From: an uncultured Candidatus Bathyarchaeia archaeon
GTDB lineage: Archaea > Thermoproteota > Bathyarchaeia > TCS64
Length of the DNA stretch: 42,789 bases
Assembly: GCA_964485755.1 (NCBI GenBank)
Contig: CAZAKG010000003.1
Location: forward strand, 1 to 42,789
Direction of reading: 5' to 3'
The notes under the pieces were generated by a model. The model made no database searches and had not been told where the DNA came from. It saw only the letters and a program-made list of their open reading frames with translations. Made by a program: the position numbers and the translations under genes. Shown piece by piece: positions 8,878-17,238 of this stretch; the first letter of the stretch is position 1, and the number at the start of each line of letters is the position of its first letter.

Positions 8878-10098
8878 GTGCCCTTGGCCAAGCAGAGGAA
8901 CTACGCGTACGTGCTGCTCGTCACCATATGCGTCACGTACTTCGTGGAGAACTTCCTCCGCAGCGCAGCCGGGGCTTTGACGCCCATACTCATAGGTGAG
9001 CTGGGGATAAGCCACGGCAGCATGGGGCTCCTCATCTCGGCGTTCTTCTTCGTCTACGGCGTCATGCAGATTCCCAGCGGCATCCTCAGCGACGCCCTGG
9101 GCGCCAGGAAGACGATACTCGGGTTCACGGCCCTCACCGCTGTGGGGGTCTTCCTGTTCTGGCTCAGCAGAAGCTATAGCCTCTTGGGCGCGGCCCAGCT
9201 GATGATAGGTGTCGGGTGCAGCGTATTCTACATCAACGCCGTGAAGCTCATATCCACGTGGTTTCCCCCGGAGAGGAAGGCGACGGCCATCGGCGTCCTC
9301 AGCGCTACCAGCGGCCTGGGCAACTTCGTCGCCTACATGGGGTTCCCTCTGGCTGTGGAGTGGCTCGGGGACTGGAGGCCCCTTTACCTGGTGATGAGCC
9401 TCGTCCTGGTGGTCAACTGGGCCATGAACTTCATGGTGCTGAGGGAGAGGGGCGAGGCCGCGGTGGACGGGCCGCAAAAGCGGAGGCAGCCCATACTGGG
9501 GACGCTGCTCGCCACGGTGACGGACACCCGGCTTCTGCCCTTCATAGCTGGCTACGTCCTGGCCAGCTTCAGCTGGGTGTTCCTCACCTGGCTGCCTCAG
9601 TACCTGATAGACGTCAAGGGCTTCACGTACCTTGACGCGGGGATGGTGGCCAGCGTGGGAAGCATAGCGGGCATACCGGGCTGCATAGTCATAGCGGCGG
9701 TCTCGGACAGGCTGCGGAGGCGTAAGCTGCCCATAGTGGCGTTCTCAGCCGTCTACACTGTTCTACTCGCCGTCTTCCTGGGCCTGCCCGGCGGCCTTCC
9801 CCTCGTCGTCTACATGGCCCTGGGTTCTGGGATGACGTTCACGGTGAGCTTCTGGGTGCTATTCTTCAGCATGGTGCCTGAGACGCTGCCTCCGGAGAGG
9901 GTGGGGATCGGGCTGGGGCTGGTGAACGGCCTGGGCACGGTAGGGTTCAGCGTTGTGGCGCCGCTGTACGGTGGACTCATTGATGCGACTGGCGGGTACG
10001 GGGCGTCCAACTTGGTGCTGCTGGGCGGCGCCGTCGCCATGACGCTCATATTCGCCTTGTTCATCAGGGAGTGCTACGGCAGGGCGCCTGATGGGTGA
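8878..10098 (+). CDS. MFS transporter.
   Basis: 406 aa with about 12 TM helices. GILSDALGARKT is an MFS loop 2-3 motif, with a second ...SDRLRRRK motif in the C-terminal half. Confidence 0.85.
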   Translation: MPLAKQRNYAYVLLVTICVTYFVENFLRSAAGALTPILIGELGISHGSMGLLISAFFFVYGVMQIPSGILSDALGARKTILGFTALTAVGVFLFWLSRSYSLLGAAQLMIGVGCSVFYINAVKLISTWFPPERKATAIGVLSATSGLGNFVAYMGFPLAVEWLGDWRPLYLVMSLVLVVNWAMNFMVLRERGEAAVDGPQKRRQPILGTLLATVTDTRLLPFIAGYVLASFSWVFLTWLPQYLIDVKGFTYLDAGMVASVGSIAGIPGCIVIAAVSDRLRRRKLPIVAFSAVYTVLLAVFLGLPGGLPLVVYMALGSGMTFTVSFWVLFFSMVPETLPPERVGIGLGLVNGLGTVGFSVVAPLYGGLIDATGGYGASNLVLLGGAVAMTLIFALFIRECYGRAPDG

Positions 10099-10128
10099 GC
10101 TTATAACCGCCTCGCCGTTATCAGGTTC

Positions 10129-11148
10129 ATGTCTGTGGAGGACGCCATACGGGCGCTGCCGAAGCTTGAGCAGCACGTCCACATCTTGGGCTCGACGAAG
10201 CCGGAGACGTTCCTGTGGCTCATAAGGGACAGCGGCTCCGGCCTCCCCTACGAGACCCTGGAGGACCTTGAGGCGTTCTACACGTACAGGGACTTCCCCC
10301 ACTTCATAGACATCTACAGCAAGGTGAACTCCACCGTCACCAGGGAGAGCCACTACGAGAGGATCACCTACGAGATGCTGGAGAGCCAGGCCGCCTGCAA
10401 CGTGCGCCACGTGGAGGCCATCTTCTCGGCGTGGGACCACGTCTACAGGGGCCTGGACTACGGGCTGATGGTAGACGCCATCAACAGGGGCGTGAGGAAG
10501 GCGAAGCGGAGGTTCGGCGTATCATGCACCCTGAGGATCGACCTCGTCAGGAACTACGGCCCCGAGGTCGGGATGAAGGTCCTCGACCTCATAGAGGCTA
10601 AGCGGGACAACATACTGGCCATCGACACCGGCGGAAGCGAGCTGGGGTACCCGCCGGCCCCATACAGGGGGTGCTACAGGAGGGCCCGGGAGATGGGGCT
10701 CCACACGGTGGCCCACCAGGGCGAGGGCGCGGGCCCGGACTACGTCTGGGAGTGCGTCGAGGCGCTGAGGCCGGAGCGGATCGGTCACGGCGTGGCCGCG
10801 GGGCGTGACCCTGCGCTGATGAAGGCGATAGCCGGGAAGGGCATAGCCATCGAGTGCTGCCCGGTGAGCAACATCAGGACGGCTGCGGTCCCGTCATGGG
10901 GCGAGCACCCCATCAGGAGATTCATGCAGGCTGGTATCAAGGTGAGCGTCAGCAGCGACGATCCATCCATGTTCGGCACCGACATGAACAACGAGTACCT
11001 TCAGCTCCACAGGCACCTTGGGTTCACTCTGGAGGAGCTGTTCAGGGTGAGCCTGGACTCCGTGGAGACCAGCTTCCTGTCTCCTGAGGAGAAGGAGCGG
11101 ATGATGAGAGGCTTCAAGCGGGACTACGAGCGGCTCAGAGCCGCCTAG
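10129..11148 (+). CDS. add: Adenosine/adenine deaminase family protein.
   Basis: 339 aa. LPKLEQHVHILGS, HQGEGAGP, RIGHGV, CPVSNIRT, and SSDDPSMFGTD. This is the complete adenosine deaminase metal and catalytic motif set. Confidence 0.88.
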   Translation: MSVEDAIRALPKLEQHVHILGSTKPETFLWLIRDSGSGLPYETLEDLEAFYTYRDFPHFIDIYSKVNSTVTRESHYERITYEMLESQAACNVRHVEAIFSAWDHVYRGLDYGLMVDAINRGVRKAKRRFGVSCTLRIDLVRNYGPEVGMKVLDLIEAKRDNILAIDTGGSELGYPPAPYRGCYRRAREMGLHTVAHQGEGAGPDYVWECVEALRPERIGHGVAAGRDPALMKAIAGKGIAIECCPVSNIRTAAVPSWGEHPIRRFMQAGIKVSVSSDDPSMFGTDMNNEYLQLHRHLGFTLEELFRVSLDSVETSFLSPEEKERMMRGFKRDYERLRAA

Positions 11149-11322
11149 TCGGCCATTTGATAAGATGAGATATCCCCGCGATGTCAGGTGGATGGCATCC
11201 AGGGAATTATCTTTATAGACGGGTCGTGCAGCCCGTTCAGTATCGCGGCGTTGAGCAGCAGCGGCGTTATGGCCCACCCACGTCTTTTTATGTATGTCCC
11301 CAGACAATAAACCAGAAACTAT

Positions 11323-11643
11323 TTGATACGTCTACAACCAAAAGAGATTGGAAACTACTGGAAACAACTACAAGCAGAGCTCAGCAGTAACGTAGAACTA
11401 GACACATGGGCACTAAAACCCAGAAGCGGCCGCTTCTACGCGCGAGCCGCCTCAGACCGGATATTCATAGAAGGTAAAGGAATAAAGGGAATACGCACGA
11501 TAGCGTTCCCCGACTTCGAGAAGGTAGCTAAGTACTACAATGACTACATCGACGACGTACCCGGCATCAAACAGAAGATGAGAAACGAAGTCGGGTATAA
11601 CACACAATACATCCTGACGCTCATCCACCACGTTCTAAGATGA
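11323..11643 (+). CDS. Hypothetical protein with atypical, A-rich and T-poor codon usage.
   Basis: 106-aa ORF with a TTG start. Its composition is unlike the neighbouring core genes. No family recognised. Confidence 0.4.
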   Translation: MIRLQPKEIGNYWKQLQAELSSNVELDTWALKPRSGRFYARAASDRIFIEGKGIKGIRTIAFPDFEKVAKYYNDYIDDVPGIKQKMRNEVGYNTQYILTLIHHVLR

Positions 11644-11764
11644 CGTTACACCTGCTCTGTTCTACGGGCCCTGAAGAGAGCTCACCGGAACGAATCAAAC
11701 GCCATATAAACATAAGATAGAACCATAAAAAAATTATTAATCCCGGAAAAAGGTAGTTATATTG

Positions 11765-11809
11765 AGAATTTCAATACGCGTGTTACATGGAATAACAGAA
11801 TTTCAATAC
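11765..11809 (+). repeat. Two copies of a 13-nt direct repeat, agaatttcaatac, 32 nt apart. They flank the 18-mer cgtgttacatggaataac.
   Basis: Exact copies at 11765-11777 and 11797-11809. The enclosed 18-mer (11779-11796) recurs with 2 mismatches at 12291-12308 and partly at 16053-16066. Confidence 0.7.
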
Positions 11810-12023
11810 TCCGCATTAGATTGTTTGAATTAGTCATATGGTTATCAAGTCGAGGCGTGCGCGGGGAGTCATCGGATATTTACCCCATTAATTGATTAGG
11901 TCTAATTACATGATGCTTTTTTTTCATAATATTTGTTGGAACTTCAGTAACAATTGATAATAATATTAAAATAAATGATGTTATAAATATCTAACAAGTC
12001 AAATCTTTAGAGATGATGAAAAC

Positions 12024-12179
12024 TTGAAAGAATGGAAATGTATCGTACTCGGGCACCATAAAGAAATCTCAGAGACAATAAAGGATAACCAAGAAGAGGG
12101 GTGGGAATTACACACCTATCAAGCTACAGGACAGGCGAAACTAACAAACCATTACCTCTTATTCACCCGAGAAAAATAA
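12024..12179 (+). CDS. Possible 51-aa small protein, below the ORF-track cutoff.
   Basis: Hand translation from a TTG start gives KEWKCIVLGHHKEISETIKDNQEEGWELHTYQATGQAKLTNHYLLFTREK. The ...EGWEL... layout loosely recalls DUF4177-type mini-proteins. The call is weak. Confidence 0.25.
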   Translation: MKEWKCIVLGHHKEISETIKDNQEEGWELHTYQATGQAKLTNHYLLFTREK

Positions 12180-12594
12180 TCTAAATGCGCACTTATTTAC
12201 ACATGATTAATTTCTATCATGCGAGTGCATTATCTGTATAATGAAACTATTTAAACTCAATCCCTGTTATAATGCGAGAAATTTAATATCCGTGTCACAT
12301 GGAATAATCCTTTACAACCATTTTGTGTATTTAATGTGGCGTCTTTCTCAGATGCGTGCGAATTATGCCTTTAACGGCGAGGAGGGCGGAGACCTCTACT
12401 GCACTATGAGTAGCACCGGAGGCGGCCTGTAGATGGTAGGGGGTGGCGTCGTCAGCGAGACAACTGTTGCTAGCACCAAAAGAGCTGTCCTGGGTGCCAG
12501 CTCCATCGTCATGGATATTCTGGCCCTGAACCACGGTAGACGGCCCCACGGAACTTGACTGAAAATCTATAAACTCCGTACGACATCTAGAACC

Positions 12595-13395
12595 ATGAAT
12601 TTCTTATACGGTGAACTGACTTGGCCCGAGGTCAGGGACGCATCTAAGGATAGGGTCGTGGTGGTGCCCGTCGGCACCCTGGAGGACCACGGCCCACATC
12701 TCCCCCTCAACACGGATGCCGTGATCGTGGAAACGGTCTGCAGGAAAGCCGTGGAGGGTGACCCAGAGAAGGCCGTCCTGCTTCCGGTCCAAACACACGG
12801 ATACAGTCCACACCACATGGACTTCCCCGGCACGATCACCATCAGGGGCACCGTCTTCCTGGAGTACATGCTGGACATAGTGAGGAGCCTCGCCCACCAC
12901 GGCTTCAGAAGAATACTTCTCGTCAACGGCCACGGCAGCAACTCCGCCTGGCTTGAGAACGTGGCGCGCCTGGCCATCGTCGAGATGCCGGGCATCCTGT
13001 GCGGCACCCTGAACTGGTGGGCCATACCCGAGGTGGTTGAGAGCGTGACGTCGATGAGGGACTCTGAGCGGGGCGGGACGAGCCACGCCTGCGAGCTGGA
13101 GACTTCGCTGATGCTGGCGATTAGACCCGACTTGGTGAAGATGGATAGGGCAGTGAAGGAGCTCAGCCGCGGCTCAGGCAGATACTTCCCCGCCTGGGAC
13201 TTCTACTATCCTTCCGGCCCGGTGAGAATGATGAAGTACTGGAGTACGCTGAGCGAAACCGGCGTCATGGGTGATCCGACTGTAGCTACCGTGGAGAAGG
13301 GTGAGGCCTGGCTGGCTGCAGCAGCCGAAGGTCTGAAGGGCATCATAGAGGAGTTCGGGGGCATAGACGTTGCGGGAAGGGTCGATCACCACTAG
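12595..13395 (+). CDS. Creatininase-family amidohydrolase, possibly an archaeal ArfB-type formamide hydrolase.
   Basis: 266 aa. VVPVGTLEDHGPHLPLNTD, LVNGHGSN, and GGTSHACELETS. These are creatininase-fold metal ligands. Confidence 0.85.
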   Translation: MNFLYGELTWPEVRDASKDRVVVVPVGTLEDHGPHLPLNTDAVIVETVCRKAVEGDPEKAVLLPVQTHGYSPHHMDFPGTITIRGTVFLEYMLDIVRSLAHHGFRRILLVNGHGSNSAWLENVARLAIVEMPGILCGTLNWWAIPEVVESVTSMRDSERGGTSHACELETSLMLAIRPDLVKMDRAVKELSRGSGRYFPAWDFYYPSGPVRMMKYWSTLSETGVMGDPTVATVEKGEAWLAAAAEGLKGIIEEFGGIDVAGRVDHH

Positions 13396-13667
13396 CGCAC
13401 AGTAACGCGTCTAGTTCATTACGATATTTGCTGAGTCCAACTTCTTTTCTGTTTTGTTGACATGTCTTTTAACTGTTTCATGGATATGCTGGGTATGTAG
13501 TAGGTTCCGGACCTCGTTTTTCTTATCTTCGCCCTCATTAAACCATCTAGTAGTATTTTAGGTAAAAATGATAAAAACTTGTCTTAGGATCAAAACACCG
13601 TCTTTTTTATTCCGATGTTTCTTTACAGGTAGGATACCCCCAAATACGATTGTTATAATCTAGTATC

Positions 13668-14261
13668 CTAGTTTTTTGGATCAAATATTTTTTTAAAGTA
13701 TTTTACCCTTTGATATTTGTCCATAATTTTAGCGTTCATAGAAAATTCCAAGAATGTTTTATATTCCTCACTTTCTTCCTGAGTCAATGCACTATATTGT
13801 ACTCCTAATACGGCAAGTGTATGATAAATAAAAGACCAAAGAGCTGAAACGCCTTGGGTTAATTCACCGAGTTCTTCTTTTGAGAACAGTTTGGATGCTA
13901 GTATACCTTTTTCTTCATCTCCATAAATTGATGTTTCATGAATTATTTTCAAGTGTTTACTGTTTGCCTTTATCCATGATTCAAAGGGTGGCCATTCTTC
14001 TTGTTTAGCCCAAGGTAATACTTGAAATAGCTTTTCACTAACTAGATGGAGGTTTTTAGCTGCATCATGATCTCTAGGGTACGGTAGATCAAGCATAAGG
14101 TAGAGAGATTTACAACTCAGTTCGAAACAATGTTGGAGAGCTTCAATTGCTCCATGGATATCGTTTTGGTTTTCACGAATTTTAAATGAACGATAGAAAC
14201 ATATTTTTGACTCAAAGAACCAAGCTTTTCCAAGGTCAAAGGATTCTCTGTTAAATTCCAT
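13668..14261 (-). CDS. HEPN-domain-like protein (PF05168-like helical fold). The assignment is tentative.
   Basis: 197 aa. AIEALQHCFELSCKSLYLMLDLPYPRDHDAAKNL resembles the HEPN helix-2/3 signature (...A.E.alKalL...g...p.tHdl..L). An R-x6-H (RENQNDIH) lies near the N-terminus. The expected C-terminal RYP-type motif is degenerate (SIYGD). Confidence 0.5.
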   Translation of the reverse strand: MEFNRESFDLGKAWFFESKICFYRSFKIRENQNDIHGAIEALQHCFELSCKSLYLMLDLPYPRDHDAAKNLHLVSEKLFQVLPWAKQEEWPPFESWIKANSKHLKIIHETSIYGDEEKGILASKLFSKEELGELTQGVSALWSFIYHTLAVLGVQYSALTQEESEEYKTFLEFSMNAKIMDKYQRVKYFKKIFDPKN

Positions 14262-14285
14262 TATGATTCATATTGATGGAGTAGC

Positions 14286-14310
14286 TAGATACCTTATTTA
14301 TTTACCTGTA
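14286..14310. promoter_or_regulatory. Shared AT-rich core of the 66-bp divergent intergenic region between the two HEPN-like genes.
   Basis: ttatttatttacc lies about 28 nt upstream of the ATG at 14328. Its reverse complement lies about 30-35 nt upstream of the minus-strand ATG at 14261. Confidence 0.3.
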
Positions 14311-14327
14311 AATATTTATTACAATAC

Positions 14328-14861
14328 ATGCCAAGGACAATTCCTCATGCTGATTATAATGAAGGCATTCGGCTATGTAGAAAAAATGCCAAAAGCCTTA
14401 CAATAAAAGCTCGTAACGCCTTTGAAAAAGGATGTTTTCATGCAGCTTATCTTCTAGCTATCGCTGCTCTTGAAGAAGTCGGCAAAGCAACTGTAATTAT
14501 CAAATATTGGAATAATGAAAACATATCTTATGAAAAATATAAGAAAGAGATATGCAATCATGAACTAAAAACTACTTTAGCAATCACATTGATAGATGAG
14601 AATCTAATAGAACAATTTTCTGTAGGGCCTCGAGAACATATAGAAATAATATTGGATGAAAATCGTCGAGATACATTAGTTGAAACGCGAACTAGAAGTA
14701 TTTATGTAGATTATAATTTTAAGGAAAAGAAATGGGTATATCCCTTAGAAAAAATGGATGAATTAGCTAGTACTGCAATTAGAGAATCTAGACAAGCCCT
14801 GAGCTTGTTCGGTAGGGAGTTAAAACATAAAGGAATCGAGATACCCGAAAACACGAAATAA
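14328..14861 (+). CDS. AbiV-like (HEPN-superfamily abortive-infection family) protein. The assignment is tentative.
   Basis: 177 aa. The N-terminal helical hairpin ...CRKNAKSLTIKARNAFEKGCFHAAYLLAIAALEEVGKA..., then NHELK, then TRSIYVDY, matches my recollection of the AbiV family layout (A..LA..A.EE.GK / H..K / YVD). No canonical Rx4-6H was found. Confidence 0.5.
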   Translation: MPRTIPHADYNEGIRLCRKNAKSLTIKARNAFEKGCFHAAYLLAIAALEEVGKATVIIKYWNNENISYEKYKKEICNHELKTTLAITLIDENLIEQFSVGPREHIEIILDENRRDTLVETRTRSIYVDYNFKEKKWVYPLEKMDELASTAIRESRQALSLFGRELKHKGIEIPENTK

Positions 14862-14995
14862 GTTTTTACTAGGAAAAGGTAGAAGATTGTCTTGCAGGCA
14901 TAATAGTTAATACTTAGGGCGCGCGCGCCATCTTTTAATTCATCTGCTTAAGATTATTAACCACTTGTGAGCATTAATCCTTTTTTTTTAGACTT

Positions 14996-15886
14996 TTAGT
15001 TTTTCAATTTGAGATAAAATTGTTTAGGATTGAATACACCAGCACAGATATCGCAATAACCCTTTAATTTATCACCAAGTGTAATTTTCCAAATAATAGA
15101 TGAAAGAAAATTTTCGAAGATTTCTTGTTTTTGTATAAAATCTTTTTCCAGTTTAATAATTTGTTCAATTCCTGTAATAATTTCATTAGTATCAATTATA
15201 CTCTCAATAAATTGTTGAACAGAGCCAACGTTCTGTTGATTTGTACTTTTAGATAATGCGTGCCCCCAGCTACCAAAGTTAAGAAAATATTGTTTTCCAC
15301 CGCCAGGAAGTCCAGTATCTACTATTGTTGGTTCCCAGCCAGGCCATTTTACTTCAAACCCTTGACTTCTATTTCGTGCTTCATCAAAAATTAAATTAGC
15401 AACCAGATCAGGTCTAAAATAATCTCTTGGTTCTATACTACCGCTTTTCCAATACCAAATAGAAAAATCTTTATGATGTAGTTTTTGTTCAGCATTTTTA
15501 CGTATCTTATCTTTAAAATCTGATTCTTTCATATTTCGTATACAATTTGATTCAAGCAGGTCATTCCAACTTTTCCATACATCAGAATAACCTGATTCCA
15601 TATGACTTTGAATGAATTGGTGAAATTTAATTTCACTAAAATCACCTAACTTTTTTGGGATGAACCTAGAGTCAGTATGACTATACTCGGCACCAATTTG
15701 ACAAAGTTTTTTAAATTTACCATTCCAATCTTTCAATGCGTTCTCGTTTAATTTTTCTGCATGGTCTCGTAATTTTTGATTCCTTTGAACTAGAATATGA
15801 TTTATTAGATATGTTACTGTACCGCTAATTATTGTGGTGATTAAAATGCTGGCTAAAGATACTTCCCAGTTTAAAGTTAAACTCAT
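14996..15886 (-). CDS. Orphan protein with one N-terminal transmembrane helix. Function unknown.
   Basis: 296-aa ORF in AT-rich DNA, where long ORFs are unlikely by chance. TM segment: VSLASILITTIISGTVTYLINHIL. The C-terminus has a CDIC pair. No family recognised. Confidence 0.7.
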   Translation of the reverse strand: MSLTLNWEVSLASILITTIISGTVTYLINHILVQRNQKLRDHAEKLNENALKDWNGKFKKLCQIGAEYSHTDSRFIPKKLGDFSEIKFHQFIQSHMESGYSDVWKSWNDLLESNCIRNMKESDFKDKIRKNAEQKLHHKDFSIWYWKSGSIEPRDYFRPDLVANLIFDEARNRSQGFEVKWPGWEPTIVDTGLPGGGKQYFLNFGSWGHALSKSTNQQNVGSVQQFIESIIDTNEIITGIEQIIKLEKDFIQKQEIFENFLSSIIWKITLGDKLKGYCDICAGVFNPKQFYLKLKN

Positions 15887-16249
15887 AATTAAATTTAATA
15901 GATTTTAAAAAATAAATAACTATCTATTATTATTCTACCTTTCTCCCGCACGCCATTAAAGTTATGAGTAAGCTAAGAATAAAGGTTCTGAGTCTATGAT
16001 GAAGACAATAAATTTTTATAAGACAAGAAAGAGCACTGAAATCTTCCACCTTTTACATGGAACAACATACCATCACCTTTCACCAGATGAGAGATAATCT
16101 GAGGATAAGATTACACCCAAGGAAGGGGGCACAGTTTAACCCGGCTGTGATAAAAATCGTAAACCTGCGCTGAACCGATGCACCCTGTCGCAGGCTTGAT
16201 GAAAACAGTTACTAGATAGACAATTAGTTGCATTTATCGAGGGAGCCGC

Positions 16250-16882
16250 ATGAGAATCGTCATCTTCGGGGCAACCGGCGCCACAGGCAGACAACTCATA
16301 CAACAGGCAATCGCAGCCGGCCACCAGGTCGTGGCCTACGCCCGCGACCCCTCAAAGATCGACGCCGACAGCGAACGCCTAACCGTCGTGAAGGGCGAGC
16401 TAACCGACGAGGCGTCAATCGAAAAAGCGGTAGACGGCGCGGACGCCGTGATCAGCCTCCTCGGACCCAGAGGAGGCTCCAACCAGAAACCACTCACACG
16501 CGGCACACAGAACATCGTCAAGGCCATGAAGAACAGCGGAGTCAGGAGACTCATCGCCTCATCCACCCTGAGCGTGAGGGACCCGGCGGACAAACCCAGC
16601 CCGACGGTCAGCCTCCTCATAAACATCATAAAGACCACGATGCACGCCGCCTACGAGGACATCACAGGGGCCGCGGAGACGGTGCGCGGCTCCGGCCTCG
16701 ACTGGACCATCGCCAGGGTGGCCACGCTGAACAACGGCCCGAAGACCGGGGAAGTCAGGGCCGGGTACGTGGGCACAGGCCAGGTCGGCCTAGCCATCAG
16801 CCGAGTCGACCTCGCCGCCTTCATGCTCAACCAGGTGGAGGACCGCAGATACCTGAGGCAGGCACCCGCGGTCAGCAACTGA
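16250..16882 (+). CDS. NAD(P)H-binding oxidoreductase (atypical SDR, NmrA / flavin-reductase-like).
   Basis: 210 aa. MRIVIFGATGATGRQLIQQAIAAGHQVVAYARDPSKI is a Rossmann GxxGxxG N-terminus typical of the NAD(P)-bd_dom family. Confidence 0.85.
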   Translation: MRIVIFGATGATGRQLIQQAIAAGHQVVAYARDPSKIDADSERLTVVKGELTDEASIEKAVDGADAVISLLGPRGGSNQKPLTRGTQNIVKAMKNSGVRRLIASSTLSVRDPADKPSPTVSLLINIIKTTMHAAYEDITGAAETVRGSGLDWTIARVATLNNGPKTGEVRAGYVGTGQVGLAISRVDLAAFMLNQVEDRRYLRQAPAVSN

Positions 16883-17011
16883 GACGGGCCCCCGGGACGC
16901 CGCCCCCCTTACCCAACCTTAGCTAAATTCAACCCAGAAAAAAACCACATTCTTCCACGCAGCTGTCAGGACACCGCCGAACAGCGGACACCCCGCAGAC
17001 ACCAATCACCA

Positions 17012-17235
17012 CCTAAAGACCCAGAAAAAGGCCCCACTCCAAGAAACAAGCCCGAAAACGGTGAATCATGATGACGACGACTACACACCCCTCCCCCTAC
17101 CCATGCACGCAACGACAAACCAAGACGACCAGCCCCAGCAACCACAAATTCCCCTTATTACAAGTAGCACGCAACAAACCCGCCAACCCTTAAGTAGCCC
17201 CCAACAAACAAGAAACCACACCCCCACAGTGAACA
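17012..17235 (+). repeat. Copy A of a roughly 220-250 bp A/C-rich repeat, ending a few nt before the GTG start of the PHP gene.
   Basis: Shares long exact runs with the reverse complement of 24983-25228: cctaaagaccc, ggtgaatc, gactacacaccc, tgcacgcaacgacaaaccaag (21 nt) and agtagcacgcaacaaacc (18 nt), all in the same order. Confidence 0.85.
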
Positions 17236-17238
17236 AAC

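Larger units (their letters stand above)
13396..16130. other. AT-rich genomic island carrying three ORFs and no recognisable mobility gene.
   Basis: Hand counts on sampled 60-nt lines give 25-37% G+C inside, against about 65% in flanking genes. The composition changes sharply at both edges. Confidence 0.7.

Noticed and set aside
11765-11809. A possible miniature CRISPR array, because of the repeated agaatttcaatac.
   Set aside because: There are only two copies. The 13-nt repeat is far shorter than CRISPR repeats (24-40 nt). There are no cas genes and no regular array.
12331-12594. A coding assignment for the GC-richer stretch just upstream of the creatininase gene (ORF 12331-12549 on the minus strand, or a 41-aa plus-strand ORF).
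   Set aside because: The translations have no recognisable motifs and neither frame is clearly preferred. It may be a gene relic, but I cannot support a call.
13440-13560. A short minus-strand ORF (MRAKIRKTRSGTYYIPSISMKQLKDMSTKQKRSWTQQIS) at the left edge of the island, as a possible integrase or recombinase remnant.
   Set aside because: It is only 39 aa, has no catalytic or family motif, and its basic composition is compatible with chance in AT-rich DNA.
15990-16045. A C/D-box sRNA candidate (atgatga ... ctga about 33 nt apart). A similar atgatga occurs at 12014.
   Set aside because: There are no recognisable D'/C' boxes and no terminal complementary stem. The sequence lies in AT-rich foreign DNA, and such short boxes are expected by chance.
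13396-16130. Calling the AT-rich island a mobile element, prophage or integrative element.
   Set aside because: I could find no integrase, transposase, terminal inverted repeat or flanking tRNA fragment. Only a weak 14-nt motif is shared with the 11.7-12.3 kb patch. I therefore annotated it only as a compositional island.
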